Made by a program: the position numbers and the translations under genes. The notes under the pieces were generated by a model. The model had not been told where the DNA came from. It searched no databases and saw only the letters and a list, made by a program, of their open reading frames with translations. 64,000 bases of DNA, taken from Amoeboaphelidium protococcarum X5. Taxonomy: Eukaryota; Fungi; Aphelidiomycota. This document shows positions 53,364-64,000 of the stretch, in pieces. Location of the stretch: positions 1,018,164 to 1,082,163 of the forward strand of contig JALDTO010000098.1 in assembly GCA_023515725.1 (NCBI GenBank). The letters run 5' to 3'. Each line of letters starts with the position of its first letter. Positions within the stretch are counted from its first letter, which is position 1.

Positions 53364-53383
53364 CGTGGGAATGAGCGTGAGAA
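53364..53383 (+). promoter_or_regulatory. Two tandem CSL consensus binding sites upstream of the CSL gene
   Basis: CGTGGGAA at 53364-53371 and CGTGAGAA at 53376-53383, 95-114 bp upstream of the CSL ATG (53269). Confidence 0.7.
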
Positions 53384-54239
53384 AATTTCTCAAAACTCTT
53401 TGCGACTACGCCACATGTGTTTAGTTCCAACTCAGCTGATTTGGGTTCCCCCGTTCCAGCCATAAACTGCCTGATAATTATTTTTGATCTGCTTATTTCT
53501 GGTATAAAGTATCAATATTTTGTATGACCATTAAATAGCAATAGTTATTATTATTCTTTGAGTGTGCTCGTTAATGCTATCGAAGGTCGTGGTGACCAAT
53601 TTTCACTGATTTTGGAATGGAGGCTTAGTGCATAGTTGATGATTTTTATCAATTGATTTCACTTTAGCGTGTGGTATAAACAATTTATGGATTATGAACA
53701 TAACGTACTGTAAATTAATAATGTACATGGCAGTTTTGCTATGGGTCCGCTCTACTTCGTCTTTAACAGAGCTCGCAAGACATTGAGTCAAACTATGAAA
53801 AGTTCTGCATTCAAGAAAGTCTATCCGCTCTAAGTTTCTTCCGGTTAAAGTTGAACGTAGATAAAAATGTTCAGTTACGCCGATAGTAAAGCCAACTCTT
53901 CCTCACTGCAGTAGGAATAACATCGTACGACACTTTTCGCAAAAATATATCTTTTAAGCACGTTTGTGCACCGAATGATCCCTAAGAAATCGAGATCGAT
54001 TGATGATCAAGTTCCAGCCAAAACCACTTGACCGACTCATATACAAATGAGCCCGATCAAGCGAGTCAAAGTGTAGATATGTTTTTATAAACGGTAGTAG
54101 TAGCATTGAGCACTCAGAATCGCGCGTGGTGATCTTGAACAGACAAATTCTTTCAAAGCGCGTTCTAAGACAACCGTTTTAGCTTTTTACACCTCCGCGT
54201 CAACTGCACGAAAAACCAGCTAAAATAAACAACTGTAAG

Positions 54240-55608
54240 ATGCACAAGGCTGTCATCCTAGTCGGAGGTCCGAGTAGAGGTACAAGATTCCGTCCGCTAT
54301 CTCTTACAGTTCCAAAGCCGTTGTTTCCCATCGCTGGTCTACCTATAGTGTACCACCATGTGCAAGCTCTTGCCAAAGTCCCTGACATGAAAGAGATTCT
54401 GTTGATTGGTTTCTTCGAGCCTAGTGAATTTGCCCAGTTTTTGTAGCAGGTGACTAATGACTTTCCATCAATTAACATTAGGTAGGTTTTACTGTGCTCG
54501 TTTTAGCGGAGTAAACTTGACTTCAAGAAGTTCCATTACTGTGTGTAGGTATTTGAGAGAGTTTTAATCATTGGGAACTGGCGGTGGACTTTATCACTTT
54601 AGAGACTAGATTCTGCGTGGATCCCCAGAGCTCATCTTTGTTCTACACGCTGATGTCTGCTCTGCATTCCCTCTGCAGAGTATGGTACAGTTTCATAAAT
54701 AGAAGGGGGCTACTGCTGCTGGAACTATACTCGGTACTAAAGTCCCGAAAGAGTTGTCACACAAGTACGGATGTATTGTAGCGGAATCAGAGTCTGACAA
54801 GGTGCTTCATTACGTGGAGAAGCCAGAGACTTTTGTATCTGACCTCATCAGTTGCGGTGTCTACGTGTTCAGCCCGGTGATTTTTAAGCTGATGGAGAAG
54901 ACGTTAGATAGCGCCGCCTCTATTAGCACCGGTGTAGATCATTCTGAACATTTGAGTCTTGAACAGGATATCCTACGTCCACTAGCTTAAAGCGGTCAGC
55001 TATTTGTTTATTAAACTAATGAGTTTTGGCGTTAGATCAAGTCTGCTGGATCCGCTCTTCCATCTAACAAGCTGTACTTGTATCAGTACCGTCATTGCAG
55101 TCCATCTAAGTTGGTCCCTTAGAAGAAGGAGTCAAGTGGTGAAGGTGGTCCTACCATCATTGGCGATGTATTCATCCATCCATCTGCTCACGTCGATCCA
55201 TCAGCTAAAATTGGGCCTAATGTGAGCATTGGTCCAAAGTGTACTATCGGAAGAGGCGTGTGTATTAAAGAAAGCATCATACTGGATAATGTTGAGATTG
55301 GTGCAAGCTCTTGCATTCTGTACTCCATTGTCGGCTGGAATTGCAAGATTGGCTAGTGGGTTAGAATTGAAGGCACGCCTCAGTATGCGAGTGAGAACGT
55401 CAGTCCAGCTGCTAATATCTCTGATCTGGGTGCTAATGTTTCCACGTCTCCAATGACTGATCTGATGCTCCCAAATGGAGTCAAGAATTAGAGCGTCACG
55501 ATTCTAGGTGACTCTGTCAGTGTGGCGAACGAATAGATCATACGCAACTGTATTGTATTGCCACACAAAGACTTGAACAGTTCTTACAAGAATGAGATTT
55601 TAATGTGA
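54240..55608 (+). CDS. GMPPA: Mannose-1-phosphate guanyltransferase alpha subunit
   Basis: [68 protein letters not shown]; intron 54482-54548. Confidence 0.93.
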
Positions 55609-55705
55609 ATTCGAATGCGCAAGGTGAAAATATAATGATTAGCATTTCTATAAAACAACATTTTATTTAAAAAAGTTCAAAATCTTGTGATCCCTTATGC
55701 TGACA

Positions 55706-56413
55706 TCAATAGTAATCAGCAATTCTAGCATTGGTGTGTATAGCTTCGCGCTTCTTATCCTGCTTGTGGGTCCTGTAACTATGACAAAAATAGAACACAG
55801 TAGAGAGTAGCATCAGCGCAACTGAACTAGACGAAAGCCATGCACTGGTGTCTAAACTGACAAAATTCGCTTCAGCATTAGCATTCCCCGGATTAGAAGG
55901 ATCAGTGAAAAATTGCTCAAGATCAGCTTTAATCCAGTCATTGTAGTATAGAGCAGTTCCAAACGCGGCCACCTGAGTCAGACACGCCACCATGGCCAAA
56001 GAGCTGACGATGATGTGCCGAAAGCGCAGTAGAGATATACTAAGGGTGAGGAGTAGAACAGCCGCTGCAGCGATGTGAACGTATGGCAGAGCTTTGCTAT
56101 ACACGTCAGCTATTGGAGATGATTTGCCAGATGTGAGCGAGTACACCTGTGCATCTGCCAGAGCAGAGCATTGTGGAAAAACAGACTCTGGAGATACAAA
56201 ACAAAACTCCCACAAACTCATCCAAAATGATATAATGTAGAATTGACCCACTTCTTGCGCGTTAATATCATATGCGATGGCGCCTTTGAGCCATGGTAAT
56301 TTTTTCAGTGTACCAGCGTTAATTCCGCCAATAGTAGCCACTACTGTGAGAACCAAAGCGGATAGATTTAGTACTCTGGCAATTAACAAATTTATAGTGA
56401 AGCTTTCGTACAT
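55706..56413 (-). CDS. SUR7/PalI/claudin-like 4-TM protein
   Basis: Four hydrophobic segments with WMSLWEFC...C in the first loop; the true start may lie in an upstream exon (about 56497). Confidence 0.65.
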   Translation of the reverse strand: MYESFTINLLIARVLNLSALVLTVVATIGGINAGTLKKLPWLKGAIAYDINAQEVGQFYIISFWMSLWEFCFVSPESVFPQCSALADAQVYSLTSGKSSPIADVYSKALPYVHIAAAAVLLLTLSISLLRFRHIIVSSLAMVACLTQVAAFGTALYYNDWIKADLEQFFTDPSNPGNANAEANFVSLDTSAWLSSSSVALMLLSTVFYFCHSYRTHKQDKKREAIHTNARIADYY

Positions 56414-57139
56414 ACTGAGCGGATTATTTACATTAAATTTTCAAAAGAGAAGTAGATTAAAGCACCTGAAAATAGGTGGTAGTCTGGATGTCTTCATAAT
56501 CTTTCACTTTGTTCATAATCATTGTAAAAGCATAGATGACTGACAGGTGTAAGCAACAACAAGCTTAAAAGATATGAAAAGTAACAATTGCTATATAAGC
56601 ACGTGATAAAGAGAAGACCACATTTTCTGGTGATTACCTTGTGGTGACTACTTTGTCCATATTTCACAAATTTTCCATGATCGTCCTCTCAATTCTACGA
56701 ACGAGCCCCTGACATATCTCAGGTGACATATCAAGTGACTTGATATTAATTTCAGCATTTTAAAACGGGAACATGCAAGTATATATTTGAATCAAGAGTA
56801 AACTTCAATACCGTTAAAATGTCTCATACAATACCATACCAACTGAATTATAAAGAGGCATGAGTCAATCAATCACACCAACAACCCATCGTCAGGTGAA
56901 ACAGAAACGACCACATGTGTTTCTAAGGTTAGTCGAACGGAGAAACGAAACGAAACGAACGCACGAGCGAGCGAGCGACGCCTCATTTAACAAACAAGCG
57001 CCTCCTCAAACAACGCCGCCGCCAACTCTGACCATCTCCGCAACTACGCCGTTTCCCTCTTCTCTTCTCTCTTCTTCTTTCAACAACAACAACAAACAAT
57101 CTCTGTTTAGTTAACATAAACTCAAGCTCTTGATAATAA

Positions 57140-58273
<1,134 letters not shown>

Positions 58274-58572
58274 GCATCTATTTTGGTAATAGTTGGAAGA
58301 TTTAGGATTATGATAATTGGAAATGAGGTGAATAAAAATGTGAACTGACTTTTATTGTCTTGACTTTATCTCCTTTTTCATCAAGTGTTTGATTCGTAAT
58401 ACCAGCGACTGTACTATGTGTTACACCTTTGTCGTTATTGTTCTAACGTTGTCTTAAACTTTCTCTGCGTGGATCTCTATCACCAAAACGAAGGAAAGCT
58501 AAAACAATCCAAGAAGGACAGGAATTAAACTCGAGATTATAATAATAAGGAAGCTTTATCAAGTCAGCGATA

Positions 58573-59098
58573 TCATGCATCCTTCTACACAGCTACCGCT
58601 TCAATTTCAAACAGCACATCCTTGGGCAAGCGCGCAACTTCAATCGCTGAACGCGCAGGCTTATTAGGAAAGTACTACACATTTATTACATAAGATATAA
58701 AACCACGTATTTATATAGTAATAGTATAAAGAGACATTACCGTGGCGTAAACTTCATTAACGCGCGCAAAGTCGTTCATGTCCTTCAAGAACACCGTGGT
58801 CTTTAGAACATGGTCCAGATCAGAGTTTGACGCCTCTAACACATTCTTCAAGTTGTCAATAGCCAGTCTCTACACCAAATTTAATACAAAAATAATAATT
58901 AGGAGCATTTACATGTCATCTAAGTATCGCAGAAATTCTTACCGCCTAATCTGTAACGTCGCCACTCAAAATTTCGCCATTCAACTTTAATGGAATCTGG
59001 CCGGAACAGAACACCATACCATTGTAAACTTTAGCCTGAGAGTATGGCCCTATAGCTTTAGGTGCCTTTTCAGTATTAGTAGTTTAAATCTTGGTCAT
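58573..59098 (-). CDS. RidA/YjgF/Mmf1 family enamine deaminase
   Basis: APKAIGPYSQA, FCSGQIPL, KTTVFLKDMNDFARVNEVY, PARSAIEVARLPKDVLFEIEAVA; introns 58870-58942 and 58675-58740. Confidence 0.93.
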
Positions 59099-59267
59099 AT
59101 TGAATCGTGATGCTAATTGACGTGATGTGCTAAAGAGACGCTGATTTACGCTGATCATTAAGTCGTGTGAGGCGCGTTAGAACTGAAAAGCCTTCACAAG
59201 ACATTCATTTGTAGACGAAGAGAGTACTAAAATTGTTGCAATCAGAGTATATTAAAGTTTACTATAA

Positions 59268-60467
59268 TCACAGGGAAGATGTTAGATATTGTACTATCTG
59301 CTAGAGCATCTGATTACCACCCAGTTCATCGATCACCGTGAGAGACTGCTGAGCAATGTTGTATATGTATTGACGCGTATATTCAAACGTCCCAGTCTGC
59401 TCCATCAATGACACCGCATACTCTTTCACTTCCACCTACTGAGGTTTAGACTTGAGTATATCTACAAATCACGTAATATACATTCATATGCAAAATTAAT
59501 ACACGGTATGTTCTTACTTAACAGCTTGGAGTCGGTTGGTGTTTGAGAGATTGAGTGTATGATGGGGAAGGAGAACTTGCCTTCACTCAGATCCTCACGG
59601 AAGGACTTGTTCTTATGATAATCCTTGTTCACCAGATTTATATAATCATCCCTGATCTAATACAGTTCGCCAAGTAAATTGACTAGAGGCACAAAGTCAA
59701 TGTCTTTATTAGAGCAGCACTGCATCAATTTAACAGCTAATCTCAACAATCCGCCAGTTTCTACAAACCTCACTCAATCATCAGGTTATAAATCATTATG
59801 AACCGCTTTAATTAAACGTGGATAAACTCACTATTTCGAATCATTTCCAGGTATTGTTATTCTGAAGGACATTTAGCATTATCTCGCCAGTAAATATCCA
59901 TGCCTTGGCCCTTGTGAAGATTAACCATTTCATCTACATAGAATGACTGACATTACAAAGTTCCCCAACACAACGTAGGTATAATATATTTACCAGAATA
60001 TATTCGAATTACTGCAGTCTAATTCCTGCTCAGTGTAAGCAACTTCTGTAAGGCTAGGAAGTACACGTAATTTGCGCAATTTATAGTCTACGCCGTGCCA
60101 TAAATCTTGTGTGCGACTGGCTTGCCTCTTCTCAGCAGGGAATCATCTTCAACATCATCAACCCTACAATACATTCAATATTTAAGCGCATGGAAGATAG
60201 TATGACACGAATGGTATATATTTTAATAGATAGTTACAGGAGCGATGCGTTATGAAGCATCTCAACGACAGATTTTATAACTTCGAGATCTCCAGCAGGG
60301 ACCTTCAGCCAGTGATCAAACGCCTCTATCAGCTGGCTGCGAATCTCTTTACCCGGATGTGAGCATAAGTACAAGAACGGCTCCAACAGGCACTACATAT
60401 AAATATAGTTTTAATAAAGTCAAGTAAGAGAATTAAGTTATACCTTTTCGCTGCTTTCGCTGTCCAT
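59268..60467 (-). CDS. BTS1: Geranylgeranyl pyrophosphate synthase
   Basis: [63 protein letters not shown]; five introns (60393-60443, 60164-60237, 59934-59993, 59761-59831, 59462-59517). Confidence 0.93.
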
Positions 60468-60847
60468 TTTACATGAAAGATGTATACAATGGCAGAATAA
60501 CACCAAGATTTCAAAGGGGTGTGGATGATGAATTAAAGTCGCGTCTATTAAAATCTGCCGCAGTGAAAAGCGTAAAGGTAAAATGTTCTATAACTATGGC
60601 CACTTCGATAAACTGATGATTTTGCGGTGTTTTATAAGTGTAGGCAGAGAGCCAGATACTTCGAAACTAAAGCTTTCTTCATATGTAATCAAATTCTATA
60701 TGACAGTTTTGAGTGTGGTCCAATCAGAGGCTTACTCATAAAGACGCCTTCTGTGACTGATCCCCTTGATCTTGAAATCTTCCTCTTTATATCTCTCAAT
60801 ATCGACTGACTGTTAACTGATATTAAATTTAAGACAGTATTGTTAAA

Positions 60848-62425
60848 ATGACCAAGTATCATCTAATTAATAACTATCATAATGATAGTATGACGAAATT
60901 CATGTTGCGCGCCGGCAGTTTAATGACTGCAGCTGTTGTGGCTACTTTACTGATTAGTGTCGTCACACTGTACAAGGGCTTGGATGATTTGTCATTTTCA
61001 ATAGGCTCGTGTGCTGATAATAGTGATTACTTGCCTGATAATGTTCATATCGACAACATTATGAAGCATATGCAGGCCCTAGAGACTATTGCGCTGACTC
61101 ATCCTAACAGATCACGCTCCGTCATGAATGGTTATGCCAAGTCGGCAGAGTATGTAATGCATCAGCTGAAGACAAAGACTGAATGTCATGTATCCATCCA
61201 GAAATTTAAGGTGCCTGTATGGACCAAGTATTACTCATCGCTCGCGTTAACTAAGCCTCTTGAGATTCAATTTCAGGATGGAGTTGATTTCAATTTGATG
61301 CGTTATGGAGGTGTATCGTCATCTGTGCAGTCTGCTTCTCTGTTTGTCTTGCCTGAGGGTAAGTCTGGTTGTGTTATGGCAGATTTTGATGGAATCGGTA
61401 AGCAGTAGATTGCTTTACTGCCGTATGATCCTGCAACGTGTCCATTGTTCAACTCTTCATTCAACGCTGAGTAATCAGGAGCATCTGCTGTAATTTACAC
61501 TTTGTAGTAGAAGCGTCAAACGTTGCCTAATAGTCGCGTCCGCTCGGAGAAGTGGTTTGAAGGTGATCCGTTGGTTCACATCCCAACTCTGGTGGTGTCT
61601 TATTCAAATGGTTAGTTACTAAGACGCCAAGCTGATGGTGTGGCGTTGAACTTGACAACAGTGACTGAGCTGACCGTGTTTGAGACTTTTAACGTGATCT
61701 GTCAGACTAAAGAAGGCAATCAAGACGATGTTGCCATGATGGGTGCTCATCTTGACTCTGTGCCAGTGGAAGGTGATACCGGCATGTCTGATAACGCCTC
61801 TGGCTCAAGCGCTCTGCTCGAAGTTGTACTTCAACTATACAAGACGGGGATGAACAAATCTTTGAAGAATGGTATGAGATTTGCTTGGTGGGGAGCAGAA
61901 GAAATTGGTTTGATGGGGTCGCGTTATTATGTGAAGACTTTGCAGGAGAATCCTATTGAGCATCGCAAGGTATTGGTTTATGGTAATCACGACATGTTGG
62001 GTAGTCCAAATTATGTGCCATTTATATATGAGGGAAGTTCTGCTCCTTCTGATGATTTGAGAAAGTCATCCACTCAGTTGTAGCTTCTGTATGAAGATTT
62101 TTATGCTTCACTACCTATGGATAGTAAGTTTCATCGCAATTTCGCATACTCTGCAATGACTGGTGGTTCTGACTTTTACTCCTTCCTGGAGGGTGGTATT
62201 GCATCTGGTGGCCTGGCTACTGGAGCGGGCGGCCTAAAGACTGTGGAGTAGAGGGAGAAGTTTGGTGGTCTGGCTAATGCTCCTCTTGATCCGTGTTACC
62301 ATCAGTATTGTGATACATTGCTGAACATTGACCGTTAAGTTCTCGAGGTTAATGCAAAGGCGGTGGCTTTTGTCACTCAGAGATTGGGATAGATGGACAA
62401 CTTGAGACTGGTATTTGGCGCTTGA
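60848..62425 (+). CDS. M28 aminopeptidase with PA domain (aminopeptidase Y-like)
   Basis: N-terminal TM/signal; GAHLDSV, DNASGS, FAWWGAEEIGLMGS, NHDMLGSPNY, GGSDF, DPCYHQYCD; 526 codons. Confidence 0.9.
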
Positions 62426-62526
62426 TCGCATAGCTGAAATAATATCAGTCGTTTATGATTAAAGTAAACTGATTATCTTTAAATTGAGTTTATTTACCAC
62501 TTTTAATTAGTTCTTTTATGGGAAAT

Positions 62527-64000
62527 TCACTTCTTTTGAGTCTCGATGTGCTTTCTCAACTTCTTCTACTTATCTCTCAAGGACATTTTCTTCTTTGACG
62601 CGATACTTCTCTTGTGCACCATCATCATAAAGTTCTTGGACTTCTTTTTCTACTTGTTCGTCGTACTGCCCTTCTCCAAATTGTGCTACCCCTTCCTGCT
62701 ACCATGCTTCTTCGTATCCTCGTTCTGATCTTGCTTCATATGAGCAACACGTTCTTCTTTAGTCTACTTACGACGCCTCTGATATCCGAGAATATCTGCG
62801 GTTGATACCACGTTGGTGTTGACTCTCTTATATCCATCCTATTCATCTAGATCACCGGCCATGTTATTACTCTTTCTCTTACGCACCGCAGGACCTTCCA
62901 CCAGTCGTTTGGCCTCCTTCTCAGCTTGAATCTATCTAATCTTTTCAAAATCTTCCTGAGTTAGGATTCTTTCAGATTCCACTCTTGAAAACATACTTGT
63001 AGCAGTGACTGGCTTGGTTTAAACTGCTTCTTCATCGACGCTATTATTACCTTCGGAGTCTGAGCCTAAGTCGAACTCTACATCCTCCCCATCATCTTCA
63101 ATCTCAAGATCAGATTCAACGTCATCTTCCTCTTCTTCAACAGATGAATCTTATCCACCAATAATATCACCTTCGACATCAGAACCTTCTCCCTCTCCAG
63201 CAATCTCATTACCAGCATCACCTTCCTCGTCATCACTAGCCTGATGAAGTGCCAGACCAAGATGAAGCTGTTTACGGCGCCTGCCTTTATTCGATTCCAT
63301 ATCCTAATTATCATCTGACTCATTGCCACTTACACCATTTAAGTCACCAAAATCCTCGCCATCACTTCCCGCAAGATCCAAGTCTTGATCCAACAACTCT
63401 GTGCCATCGATACCATCTATAACTTTCTGCTCACCAAATCTGACACCAATTTGAGCTCTAGAATCTCCATGAATAAGTTCCATCTGAGCCAGCTTACCGC
63501 GCTCTTTACGAGGCAACAAATCTGGCTGCACCTCACGGAACAAGTTGATCAATCCTCTGCACGCCATCTGGACACCCTTCTCACGATGGCTCTTGAATGT
63601 ACACAAATAATGCAGAATCTCCTTGTCCATGGCAAGAGAATTACGACTGCATATTTCTCTAATTGAATTAATACCGGCCTAAATAACTTCGCCACTGAAA
63701 CTGTCAGTACAAAAATTGTTAGCCAAAGTCTTGACCAATGGCTGCAGACACTCCTCCGGTGGTACGAGAGAATGGACAGACTGAGCAAGTATCACCAGAA
63801 TGGATGTGATATCCTACTGCTTAGGACGCAGATACTTCATCATGTATGGATAGAAATTGAGTACCAGCAACTAATGCAAACCAATCAATCGCGACATTAA
63901 ATTCATCACCATCAACTTGAGTTCAAACTTTAACTCAGTATGACTCTTCATTGCAGACTACTATTACTGGTTCTTCTAGGACTAAACACCAGTAGATTAT
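62527..64000 (-). CDS. SDA1: Ribosome biogenesis protein SDA1, C-terminal part
   Basis: LNFYPYMMKYLRPKQ, AQSVHSLVPP, LANNF, GINSIREICSR, HREKGVQMACRGLINLFREVQP, RILTQEDF, K-rich tail; TGA at 62527-62529. Confidence 0.92.

Noticed and set aside
53580-54120. Degenerate coding-like tract between CSL and GMPPA
   Set aside because: Only short frames; no motif to support a call.

Overview
Compact, gene-dense eukaryotic nuclear DNA with short GT-AG introns (about 45-81 nt) and fungus-like (holomycotan) proteins. The window only makes sense under a variant code in which TAA/TAG encode Gln and TGA is the sole stop (translation table 6). Invariant Gln residues of actin, NDUFV1, TFIIS, HSF, CSL, GGPS and others are TAA/TAG, and every complete gene model ends in TGA. 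The supplied standard-code ORF track therefore fragments or misses most genes. Fungal-type proteins plus this code point to the aphelid Amoeboaphelidium protococcarum (inference, not a database result). Re-read by hand, the window holds about 38 intact or window-truncated genes. These include myosin II, NOP58, HSF, a PhoD-like phosphatase, two GalE, NDUFV1, SDHB, uL1m, TFIIS, ACADSB, an RSC9-like protein, nucleolin, two Forkhead factors, IMP3, PSF3, TRAPPC12, CSL, GMPPA, actin, RidA, GGPS1, an M28 peptidase and SDA1. It also holds two frameshifted genes, a TKL-kinase remnant and a copia integrase relic. Most striking: a CSL (RBP-J/Su(H)/Cbf11-type) gene carries two perfect tandem CSL binding sites (CGTGGGAA, CGTGAGAA) about 100 bp upstream of its own ATG, suggesting autoregulation. 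Other leads are a hidden Mim1-like mitochondrial insertase, a bacterial-type GalE with introns, and small secreted effector candidates. All family calls are from motif recognition by eye; no searches were run.
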